Positions 10,110 through 18,651 of a stretch of DNA of 57,069 nt are shown in pieces. The notes under the pieces are model-generated. The model was given only the letters and a program-made list of their open reading frames with translations, had not been told where the DNA came from and searched no databases. A program made the translations under genes and the position numbers. Position 1 is the stretch's first letter. Every line of letters starts with the position of its first letter. Source of the DNA: an uncultured Actinomycetes bacterium (GTDB taxonomy: Bacteria > Actinomycetota > Actinomycetes > S36-B12); assembly GCA_903832025.1 (NCBI GenBank), contig CAIKZY010000162.1, forward strand, positions 1 to 57,069, given 5' to 3'.

Positions 10110-10604
10110 TTGCAGGTGCTTGCCAACGCTGCGACCCGGGACACTGTGCTGTTGGTTGCCCTGATCGTGGCGGTCGGGGCGTTGGCAGTTGCCGTCTTCG
10201 CCGTGGCACGTCTTTCCAGACTCCATCGTTCTTACGCACTCCTCCAGGCTGCCGAAGGCCGGGAGACATTCGTGGACGTTGTCGCGCGCACTCGCGAGGA
10301 TTTCGCTGACCTCAGCGCCGATGTAGCCGCGATCGGTCAGGAATTGTCGCGCACGCGCAGAGAGCTCTCAGACGCCCTGCGCCACGTCTCAGTGGTCCGC
10401 TACGACGCTTTCGGCGATATGGGCGGGCGCTTCTCGTTCTCTGCCGCTTTGCTGGATGACTCCGGTGACGGGCTGGTGCTCACCAGCATTCACGGTCGTA
10501 CTGAAACTCGCACATACATCAAGGGATTGACCTCCGGGGACAGCGACATCGAACTTTCACCGGAGGAGACCCAAGCCGTACGCCTGGCTCGAGGTGAGCA
10601 TTGA
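10110..10604 (+). CDS. DUF4446 family membrane-anchored protein
   Basis: Single N-terminal TM segment followed by VSVVRYDAFGDMGGRFSFSAALLDDSGDGLVLTSIHGR, characteristic of DUF4446. Lies upstream of pheA, as in many Actinomycetota. Confidence 0.75.
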   Translation: MQVLANAATRDTVLLVALIVAVGALAVAVFAVARLSRLHRSYALLQAAEGRETFVDVVARTREDFADLSADVAAIGQELSRTRRELSDALRHVSVVRYDAFGDMGGRFSFSAALLDDSGDGLVLTSIHGRTETRTYIKGLTSGDSDIELSPEETQAVRLARGEH

Positions 10605-11521
10605 TGCCGTCGATCGCATTCCTGGGACCTCGTGGAACCTTCGCCGAAGCGGCCCTTCGCTCATTGCCCATCAGCGATGGCGCTGAACTGATCGCTGCGC
10701 CGTCAACGCCGGCCGCACTCGACCTGGCGCGTGATGGATCGGTGGACTACGCGCTGGTGCCCATCGAATCTTCGGTAGAGGGCTCGGTTCCCCTGACGTT
10801 GGACGGCCTGGCAACCGGAAGTCCGCTGGTCATCGTCGACGAAGCGGTTCAGCATGTGTCCTTCGCGCTCATGGCCCTTCCTGGCGTGGTTCTCGGCGAT
10901 GTCCAGCGCATCGCAGCGCACCCGCATGCTCATGCGCAGGTTCGCAATTGGATTGCCGCAAACCTGCCCGATGCGCATGTGGTTGACGCGCACTCCAACG
11001 GTGCCGCTGCCGCCGGACTGCACGACCGGACCTATGAGGCGGCCATAGGCGCTGCTGTGGCTGCCGACATATATGGACTGCAGGTTCTGGCTGATGGAAT
11101 CGAAGACACCGCTGAGGCGATCACGCGCTTCGTGCTGGTCGCTCGACCGGGCATGCTGCCCGCGCCCACCGGTGCTGACAAGACCACGTTGACCTTGTTC
11201 ATCCGTCAGGACACCCCTGGTGCGCTCCTGTCGATCCTGACTGAGTTCGCTGTCCGCGGCATCAACCTGACCCGTATCGAGTCACGGCCCACCCGCAAGC
11301 ACCTGGGCGATTACTCATTCAGCATCGACATCGAGGGTCACATCGCCGATGCACGGGTCAGCGAAGCGCTGATGGGACTCCACCGAATTTGCTTGGATGT
11401 CCGATTCCTTGGCTCGTATCCCCGTCACGACGGGAAGGCACCGGTATTGCGCTCAGGCGTCACTGATGCGGACTTCGCCGAGGCACAGATCTGGATTGAT
11501 CACCTGAAGGAGAACAGCTGA
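10604..11521 (+). CDS. pheA: Prephenate dehydratase
   Basis: IAFLGPRGTFAEAA N-terminus, TRF motif region and a C-terminal ACT domain (SRPTRKHLGDYSFSIDIEGH). The start overlaps the upstream stop (TGATG). Confidence 0.9.
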   Translation: MPSIAFLGPRGTFAEAALRSLPISDGAELIAAPSTPAALDLARDGSVDYALVPIESSVEGSVPLTLDGLATGSPLVIVDEAVQHVSFALMALPGVVLGDVQRIAAHPHAHAQVRNWIAANLPDAHVVDAHSNGAAAAGLHDRTYEAAIGAAVAADIYGLQVLADGIEDTAEAITRFVLVARPGMLPAPTGADKTTLTLFIRQDTPGALLSILTEFAVRGINLTRIESRPTRKHLGDYSFSIDIEGHIADARVSEALMGLHRICLDVRFLGSYPRHDGKAPVLRSGVTDADFAEAQIWIDHLKENS

Positions 11522-12498
11522 TGCGTTTCTTCGTCACCGGCGCTGCCGGATTCATCGGCTCGCACTTCGCACGGCAACTCCTGGCCGGTGAATACGGGTT
11601 CGACGTCACCGGTGTCACTGTGTACGACAAGCTCACCTACGCGGGGAATCTGGCAAACCTCGCATCTGTGGCCTCTGATCCGCGGTATGCATTTGTCCAA
11701 GGAGATATCTGCGATGGTGCGTTGCTGGACCAGGTACTGCCAGGCCATGACGTTGTGGTGAACTTCGCCGCCGAGACTCATGTGGATCGCTCCATCAGCG
11801 GACCGCAGGCATTTCTGGTCACTAATGTCGTTGGGGCACAGACCTTGTTCGATGCGTGCCTGCGTCACCAGGTTCCGCGAACGGTCCACATCGGAACCGA
11901 TGAGGTGTACGGCTCGATCGAGACCGGCTCCTGGACGGAGACCGAACCACTGATTCCGAACTCCCCCTACTCCGCAGCCAAGGCAGCGGCGGAAATGCTC
12001 GTTCGCGCTTATCACGTCACCTATGGGCTCAACATTTCCTCGACGCGCTGTTCCAACAATTACGGACCATTCCAGTTTCCGGAAAAAGTCATCCCGCTGT
12101 TCGTCACGAACCTGATGGATGGCGTACCTGTGCCGCTGTACGGAGATGGACTGAACGTGCGGGACTGGTTGCACGTGGATGACCACTGCCGTGGCATCGC
12201 GCTCACCATTGCCAAGGGTGAACCGGGCCAGGCGTACAACATTGGTGGTGGTCTAGAACTCACCAACCGAGAACTGACCGAGCAGGTTCTGGCCGCCATG
12301 GGTGTCGGCTGGGAGATGGTGCAGCCGGTCGAGGACCGGAAAGGCCACGACCGTCGCTACAGCGTCGACGATTCCCGTCTTCGAGCCCTGGGATATGCAC
12401 CCGAGCACGCATTCTCCGACGGTTTGGCTGAGACTGTTGCCTGGTACAAAGCCAATGAGGCATGGTGGCGACCATTGAAGGCAAAGGCAGCGCTGTAG
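11521..12498 (+). CDS. rmlB: dTDP-glucose 4,6-dehydratase
   Basis: MRFFVTGAAGFIGSHF Rossmann motif, YSAAKAAAE catalytic YxxxK and a length of 325 aa. The start overlaps the pheA stop (TGATG). Confidence 0.92.
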   Translation: MRFFVTGAAGFIGSHFARQLLAGEYGFDVTGVTVYDKLTYAGNLANLASVASDPRYAFVQGDICDGALLDQVLPGHDVVVNFAAETHVDRSISGPQAFLVTNVVGAQTLFDACLRHQVPRTVHIGTDEVYGSIETGSWTETEPLIPNSPYSAAKAAAEMLVRAYHVTYGLNISSTRCSNNYGPFQFPEKVIPLFVTNLMDGVPVPLYGDGLNVRDWLHVDDHCRGIALTIAKGEPGQAYNIGGGLELTNRELTEQVLAAMGVGWEMVQPVEDRKGHDRRYSVDDSRLRALGYAPEHAFSDGLAETVAWYKANEAWWRPLKAKAAL

Positions 12499-13355
12499 TG
12501 CGAGTTCTGGTGACCGGTGCAAACGGTCAACTCGGAAGTGCGCTGGTAGACCTCCTGCAAGCACGCGGTGACGACGTCCTGGGTGCTGACCTTCCCGATC
12601 TGGACATCGTCAACCCGGTCTCCGTAGCCCAGGCCTTCCAGGCGTTTGCCCCCGAGGTGGTCATCAACTGCGCTGCGTTCACGGCCGTTGACGATGCCGA
12701 ATCGCAGGAATCCCTCGCCATGGCGATCAATGCCGAAGGCCCGCGGGTTCTGGCGACGCAGTGCCTGGTCAGCGGCGCATGGCTGGTGCACATCTCGACT
12801 GACTACGTGTTCTCCGGTCAGGCATGCACTCCCTATTCCGAAGATGCACCGGGGGATCCCAAGAGTGCGTACGGCCGCACCAAGTGGGCAGGTGAGCAAG
12901 CCGTGCGCTCCGTGCTGCCGGACGCCTCGTACATCGTCCGCACTGCATGGTTGTACGGATTGACGGGCAATAATTTCGTGAAGACCATGGTCCGAATGGA
13001 ACGAGAGCGGGATACCGTGTCGGTGGTGACCGACCAGATCGGACAACCGACGTTTGCAGCAGATCTGGCAGCGCAGATTGTCCAGCTCCTTCATGCGCAT
13101 CCACCAGCTGGGACATTTCACGCCACGAATTCTGGGCAATGCTCGTGGTTTGAGTTCGCTCAAGCGATTTTTCGTCAGATTGGCGCCGATCCAGATCGAG
13201 TCCTTCCCACAGACTCTGCATCATTCACTCGCCCGGCACCGAGGCCGAGCTACTCCGTTCTCGGACACGAGCAGTGGATCGCGTGCGGCATGCTTCCCAT
13301 GCAGCCGTGGTCGAAAGCGCTCGATGATGCCTTCGCTGCTGGCATCGGGCGCTAG
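12498..13355 (+). CDS. rmlD: dTDP-4-dehydrorhamnose reductase
   Basis: VLVTGANGQLGSAL, STDYVF and YGRTKWAGE motifs. The GTG at 12498 overlaps the rmlB TAG; the ORF is open from 12462. Confidence 0.9.
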   Translation: MRVLVTGANGQLGSALVDLLQARGDDVLGADLPDLDIVNPVSVAQAFQAFAPEVVINCAAFTAVDDAESQESLAMAINAEGPRVLATQCLVSGAWLVHISTDYVFSGQACTPYSEDAPGDPKSAYGRTKWAGEQAVRSVLPDASYIVRTAWLYGLTGNNFVKTMVRMERERDTVSVVTDQIGQPTFAADLAAQIVQLLHAHPPAGTFHATNSGQCSWFEFAQAIFRQIGADPDRVLPTDSASFTRPAPRPSYSVLGHEQWIACGMLPMQPWSKALDDAFAAGIGR

Positions 13356-13510
13356 GGACCTGCCGCCTGCGGGTGTTCACCGCAGTGGTGCTGGAACGAG
13401 ACACGTGCCGAGGATGCGCAAGTCCGGTATCGCTGCGAGGCTCGTGCCACCGTCGTTGGAGCTAAACGAACATCAGTGCAGATAGCCGTCTTCCTGCCCA
13501 GACAAACTGC

Positions 13511-14623
13511 CTAACCCCGGATCGCACCTCCGCCCTGCAGCAGCTCGTCAAGGATGAGCGACCTGAGGTCGCTCGCGAAGTCTGTCATCGTCCGCACTGG
13601 CTGATCCGCCAGCGGAATGTACGGACGTGCATGTGCGGTCAAGATCGCGCTGGCCATGTCACGGGCATTTCCTGCCGAGTACGTAACGTTCGGGTAGGGG
13701 CGCTCACGCAAGACCGGAATGTCCTGTGCTACGACCTTCATGCCCAATGACAGCGCCTCCTCCTGGAAGAGGCCGAATCCCTCGGACTGTGTCGGGATGA
13801 CCGCAATATGACTCGTCCGCGCGCGCTCCATGACGACGTGATCATCAGCGGTCTGCTCCCATGTGATCAGCGTTCCGAAGTCCTTGTGGCCGCGGATGCG
13901 TCGTGCGATCTGGTCAGCGTTCCATCCCTGACGCCCCACGATCTGCAACTCAACGGACGTTCCCCTGTCCTTGATAGCGTCGAATGCATCGAGCAAGAGG
14001 GCATGACCTTTGTACGGCGCGACAGTGGAGACATACAGCAAGCGCAAGGGATCGGAGGGGAGCGTCATCGGCACTTGCTGCCTGAATGATGTCCCGAGTG
14101 GAAGGACGTGCACTTGACCGGCGATGTTCCAGCCCAGGCCCAGGAGATCGTCTTGCACGGTAGTAGATGGGACCACCACATGATCACTCACGCGCAGCAA
14201 CTGCTGGAGATAGGCCCGAAAATGTGTCCGTCCGTGATCCAAGAACCACTCCGGATGTTTGAGAACAATCGTGTCATATATCAGGGAAATGACCGGGAGT
14301 CGGCGCCTGCGTCGTTCATTGAATATGCGAACGAAGTCCGTTCGCATATTGAGACCGAGCATGAGCAGAAGACCGATGTCCTCAAGAGGACGGAAAGCAA
14401 GGTCGTTCAGAGGATCGTTGGTGATGGATTCGGAATGAGACCTTCCCTGTGCAGGAATGCGGCTTCGGGTCGACACAGGAACGAGCTCGATCAATGGATG
14501 CGACAGTTCCTTGAGCAGCGCTGCGTGAGTTCGCACCACCACGCGGGGAATGCCGGTGAGGCCAGGCGGGGCAATCTCAAAGGGCAGTTCAGATCCGATG
14601 ACACATGCAGACAACGGTGTCAC
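13511..14623 (-). CDS. Glycosyltransferase family 4 (GT-B, group 1)
   Basis: C-terminal half carries the GT4 signature region (YVSTVAPYKGHALLLDAF ... PTQSEGFGLFQEEALSLGMKVV). Paralog of 18644..19771. Confidence 0.8.
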   Translation of the reverse strand: MTPLSACVIGSELPFEIAPPGLTGIPRVVVRTHAALLKELSHPLIELVPVSTRSRIPAQGRSHSESITNDPLNDLAFRPLEDIGLLLMLGLNMRTDFVRIFNERRRRRLPVISLIYDTIVLKHPEWFLDHGRTHFRAYLQQLLRVSDHVVVPSTTVQDDLLGLGWNIAGQVHVLPLGTSFRQQVPMTLPSDPLRLLYVSTVAPYKGHALLLDAFDAIKDRGTSVELQIVGRQGWNADQIARRIRGHKDFGTLITWEQTADDHVVMERARTSHIAVIPTQSEGFGLFQEEALSLGMKVVAQDIPVLRERPYPNVTYSAGNARDMASAILTAHARPYIPLADQPVRTMTDFASDLRSLILDELLQGGGAIRG

Positions 14624-15348
14624 GGTGAGGCGCCATCATTGGCGGATGGCAGCGATTGACCAGCTGCGGCACGAGCCTTCGATTGGGCGTGCCGACGAAC
14701 TTCGGTGAGAAGTTCGCGATGAGCCTGCTCACGGTGCACCCGCCAGCTGTTGTCAGCGTGAAGACGACGATATGTACCCACAGATGGAAGATGTGCAGTT
14801 CGAATACCTGACATCCGAGCCTGTCCCCACCACCGGTACAGCCAGGTGAAGTGTGTGCTGCCTGGATCGAGCTGTCCAAAGCGGTCAAAGGCATCCGACC
14901 GGAACGTCGTGCTGGTGAACATCACTGACTCATGTGCAGGCTGAACCACCAGAGCACCGCTGGCATCAGCGGAGAAATTTGCGGCAAGGCAGGTGGCAGC
15001 GTCCAACTGCGGGTCTTCCTGCAGCAACTGAATTTGCTGCGCTTGCTTGTTCGGCAGCCAGAGATCGTCGGCGTCGAGAAAAGCGATATATGCGCTGTCT
15101 GAAATGCTGATTCCACAATTCATCGCTGGAATCATCCCTGATCCTTGACTGTGTATCACGCGTAGGTTTGGCAGGCACTGACGGATTCGATCGAGCCAGC
15201 TCCCCGAAGGCGCGGCATCGACATCCAACACGACGTACACGACGTCCGGGAGCAACGTCTGTTCCCCGATGCTCTCTACCGCCTGCTCCAGGAATGGTGA
15301 ATCGGGCTGTGAAGCGATCACCACGGTGTACACAGTTCGCGCTCTCAA
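14620..15348 (-). CDS. Glycosyltransferase family 2
   Basis: YTVVIASQPDSPFLEQAVESIGEQT ... LDADD (DxD). 4-nt overlap with the downstream GT4. Confidence 0.8.
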   Translation of the reverse strand: MRARTVYTVVIASQPDSPFLEQAVESIGEQTLLPDVVYVVLDVDAAPSGSWLDRIRQCLPNLRVIHSQGSGMIPAMNCGISISDSAYIAFLDADDLWLPNKQAQQIQLLQEDPQLDAATCLAANFSADASGALVVQPAHESVMFTSTTFRSDAFDRFGQLDPGSTHFTWLYRWWGQARMSGIRTAHLPSVGTYRRLHADNSWRVHREQAHRELLTEVRRHAQSKARAAAGQSLPSANDGASP

Positions 15349-15449
15349 TACTTGTCAGGACCACGTGCGGGCGGCACTGGAATGGTCATTGAAACATGCT
15401 CTTAGCGTCATTGTGTCGTACACAAGCGCGAGATGTTACCCACTGAGTT

Positions 15450-15788
15450 CTACGGCGCAGGTGAGCCGGCACCTGCCGCCATGAAGACATATATCCAGCA
15501 TCCGCGTAGGACAACGAGCACCGCAAACGTGCTCACAAGGAGCCACTTGCCAGGCAGAGACCGCTGCAGCGCAGCGGAAAGGCCGGGATCGGGAACGAGT
15601 TCGCGAGCGGTGGAGAGCTGCGGGCCAACGGCAAGAAGGAAGAACGGTGCAATGAGTGAGAGCACTCGGAAGGCCAACGGGTACTGTCGGTCTCGCCAGA
15701 CGATCACTGCTGCCGCGATATAGGCAGTCATCACGACCAGGCCGATCCAGGTGTTCAAAGTAGGTGAGCAAAGGCGGATACGAACCAT
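15450..15788 (-). CDS. Membrane protein fragment; probable C-terminal part of the split GT-C-like gene upstream
   Basis: 112 aa with 3 hydrophobic segments. Overlaps the end of 15755..16582 by 34 nt in another frame. Confidence 0.4.
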   Translation of the reverse strand: MVRIRLCSPTLNTWIGLVVMTAYIAAAVIVWRDRQYPLAFRVLSLIAPFFLLAVGPQLSTARELVPDPGLSAALQRSLPGKWLLVSTFAVLVVLRGCWIYVFMAAGAGSPAP

Positions 15789-16582
15789 CGCCCAGCGTCA
15801 ACCAGCGGTGCCGAAGCCCGATTCCACGCTGACTGTGAGACAACGAATCCATTCCATTGGTGTACACGCAGGGCAATCGCCAGTGGCCATATGACAACGC
15901 CAATTGCCGACAGGCCAATCGCCACTGCTGCACGCCATCGAGGTGTCCTAGCGGGAGAGGGGCGTGCTACCGACACGAGGACGACAATCACCAGCATCAC
16001 GGCGAAGGGGACGAAACTCACCTTCGCCAGGCCCGCGAGCACGACAAATATCCCGGAGAGGACAAAGCGACTTCGAGTAGCCGCCCAGAGACAGCAAAAT
16101 GCCAACGCGGTGAAGACCCCCTCGCTGTATCCCATGAGAAGGACGGGTGTGGCAGGTAGCGCAGACCACAATGCGCTCACGGTCAGGCTTGATGTCGCTC
16201 CCAAAAACGGTCCCAGTGTCACGGTGAGCACTGCAGCCGCTACTGCTCCGCCAATCAAGTTGCTGACTACCAGACTTGGCTCGATCCATCCCGATCCGCC
16301 GACATGCCCGAAAAATCTTCCAATGCTTGGCACGAGCACGGGCCAGGGCAGTGTGCTTTGCTGCGACATGCCTGATGCTGACGTCGGAATGAAGTGAGGC
16401 CAACCATGCACGGCTGCGGACAACAACCAGCCCGAGTCCCAGCCAGTCATCAACTTCCAAATAGAGCTTCCCTTCAGGCCAGCGACTATCGCCACTGTCA
16501 ACAGATCCAGAGCACGACAAGCGAGAAACATCAATGCGCTTAGCCCAGCGAGGTTGAGGCTTTCGCGGAAACGGCCCGTCAT
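15755..16582 (-). CDS. Polytopic membrane protein, PIG-V/mannosyltransferase-like (GT-C) N-terminal part
   Basis: GWDSGWLLSAAVHGWP resembles the WDSxWYxxIAxxGY motif of PIG-V-like GT-C enzymes. Multiple TM segments. Start taken at ATG 16582 (MTGRFRESL); the ORF is open to 16636. Confidence 0.55.
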   Translation of the reverse strand: MTGRFRESLNLAGLSALMFLACRALDLLTVAIVAGLKGSSIWKLMTGWDSGWLLSAAVHGWPHFIPTSASGMSQQSTLPWPVLVPSIGRFFGHVGGSGWIEPSLVVSNLIGGAVAAAVLTVTLGPFLGATSSLTVSALWSALPATPVLLMGYSEGVFTALAFCCLWAATRSRFVLSGIFVVLAGLAKVSFVPFAVMLVIVVLVSVARPSPARTPRWRAAVAIGLSAIGVVIWPLAIALRVHQWNGFVVSQSAWNRASAPLVDAGRWFVSAFAHLL

Positions 16583-17409
16583 CGACTGTGTCTTCACCGG
16601 GTGGTGCCCGTGGTCGGGTAACCGCCTGCCAGGCACGATGGCAGGCTATCAGCGAGCCACATGTGCCTGCGCATTCCCAAGATGCCGCTGGTGCCACCAG
16701 CTATTCCTCCGAGATCACAGATCCTGGACCATCATGCGTGCATCCGGCGAAGGGAACCAGGAACAAGTTGCAGAGCATGCGAGCGCGCGATGACTCGTCG
16801 TGCGAATGTCATGTCCGAAGCATGGAACGCCCTGCTCAGCGCCATGTTCGTGCCAGGGTGCGAAGTTGTTGATTGAAACCGCCATGTGACGCTCCCAACG
16901 TAGAATTGGGGCTATGAGCGTGGACGGCCATCTACTGATGAAGTCAGTCGGTACGACGTTATGGTTCCATGCCGATTGGTCGAGTGGTTCAATGCGCCAG
17001 CGCTGGAACACCTCTTGAGTCAGACGTTGCCACCGCACCCGGTGTTCTTTGCGGTGATCGGTCTGCAAGTGATGTCCTGCGACACCTTTGCGGTCCGTGA
17101 GCCCCAGTGCCCTGCGGTGTGTCACGTCGCAATGCCGGTAGCGGACATGAGCGCGGCTTTGCATCATGAAGTGTCGCTGACGTGGAGTCCCTGCGCGGGT
17201 TTACCTGACACAGGCGAGAACCGGGCTCGATGCAGGCAGGAACTGCGAATGAAACAGTTCTCATGGCGGCGATCGCTTGACGGCTTCCCCGGTGAGGCTG
17301 CGCACACCCACATGCGTGCAGGAGGATGCTTGCTCGTCGGCACCTGCACTCTGACACGACCGCTTTCTTCTGCCCGCAGAAGGATGACCAATGCTCGAGC
17401 AGCCACACG

Positions 17410-18651
17410 ATGATCCCGCGCGCCATGATGCAGCTGCAGTCCGTAATCGCAATTGCGGAGAAATATCGCCGGACGACGGGCCCACTGTCGGTGCTGATAG
17501 TCGGCGATCCGACCGGTCGTATGCGTGATGCGCTGCTCAAAGAGCGCATCACGTGCACGGCCTGTCCCTCACTCATCGAATTGTTGCGCAACGGAAAAGG
17601 TTTGGCTGCCCAGCACGGTTCGCCATCATCCAACCAGGTGGACAGTTCAGAGCAATTCGATCTGGTTCTCGCACTGGATGGCTGGTCTCGGCTGCTTGAC
17701 GTGACGCAGGCGTCCGTGCGGGATGAAGCGCTTGCCTGGCTGGCGGATCACTGTACGTTCATGCTGACCCGAGCAGTGCGGCGCGCAATCGCACCCGACC
17801 TCAATGAGTTCGGACCGTATGACGTGCACTCGATCCTGAGACGATTTGCGTATGTGTCGGAGTTACCGGAAGCTCGCGATGAGGGCGATCCCTTTCCTCC
17901 GCTGCTGATGGCGAGTAACTGGTTCATGCGCGTTGGGCAGGATTGGATTCAGAAAGCGGACTTGGAGCGAATCGGGAATCAAGCTGACGGCCAAGGCGAA
18001 TACTCGGCTCGCACGATAATCCTGACGTCAGGTGCAGTGGTGAAAGTCGACTACGTAAGTCCGGACTATTTTGAACGAAGTCAGGTCATCGGCGAAGCCG
18101 CATTTCTCGCCGGAGCCACTCCTGCCCATCGTCGGGCGCTACAGCTTCCCGAAGTGCGTTACCTCGACCAGGGACGCGCAGTCGTCACGCTAGTCCGAGA
18201 CCAGGTGCCCGGTGATGCGGCACCCGAAATCGATCCCGTCTCCCAAGTGCACGCCGTCGTCGAGGAGGCGCGCCGATACTCGTCGCTCGGGGTGTTTCAC
18301 AACGATCTCCGCCCGTGGAACCTCCTGTGGAACAGCGGTCGGGCCCACTTGATCGACTACGCCGATGCCGCTGACGAAGACCTCGATGTTCGTGACCTTC
18401 CGCAGGTTTTGGCCTTAGCAGGAACATGTGCTGCACTCCTTACCCAGGAGATTCGAGCCGGCGTTCATTTCCATCACGATGTCTTGTCGATATCCGCGCA
18501 AAGCGGGCTACTTCAGCGATGGCCGCTTCCTCGTCAATTTGGCAGCCCATGGCTGCGTCTGTGCGGGGATCAGGTACCCCTGGCATTTCACTCGGACCTG
18601 AATGCAGCCCAGGTGATGCATGAGGTTCTGCGGGTGTGCTGCGATGCCTAG
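17410..18651 (+). CDS. Two-domain protein: N-terminal class-I methyltransferase-like domain plus C-terminal eukaryotic-like/APH-type kinase domain (WbdD-like glycan chain terminator candidate)
   Basis: N-terminal part has VLIVGDPTG (degenerate motif I) and FDLVLALD. C-terminal part has VFHNDLRPWNLLW (HxDxxxxN catalytic loop) and HLIDYADA (DFG-equivalent). Start at ATG 17410; the ORF is open from 17326. Confidence 0.6.
   Translation: MIPRAMMQLQSVIAIAEKYRRTTGPLSVLIVGDPTGRMRDALLKERITCTACPSLIELLRNGKGLAAQHGSPSSNQVDSSEQFDLVLALDGWSRLLDVTQASVRDEALAWLADHCTFMLTRAVRRAIAPDLNEFGPYDVHSILRRFAYVSELPEARDEGDPFPPLLMASNWFMRVGQDWIQKADLERIGNQADGQGEYSARTIILTSGAVVKVDYVSPDYFERSQVIGEAAFLAGATPAHRRALQLPEVRYLDQGRAVVTLVRDQVPGDAAPEIDPVSQVHAVVEEARRYSSLGVFHNDLRPWNLLWNSGRAHLIDYADAADEDLDVRDLPQVLALAGTCAALLTQEIRAGVHFHHDVLSISAQSGLLQRWPLPRQFGSPWLRLCGDQVPLAFHSDLNAAQVMHEVLRVCCDA

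Noticed and set aside
11500-13163. Long antisense ORFs opposite rmlB and rmlD (11500..12186 and 12357..13163, minus strand)
   Set aside because: These are typical high-GC shadow ORFs. The translations are Arg/Gly/His-rich with no motifs, while the sense strand encodes unmistakable RmlB and RmlD.
16715-17413. Calling either 150-aa ORF (16715..17167 minus or 16961..17413 plus) as a gene
   Set aside because: They are mutually exclusive, neither has recognisable motifs, and the hand-estimated GC3 is inconclusive. Reported as a finding, not as a feature.
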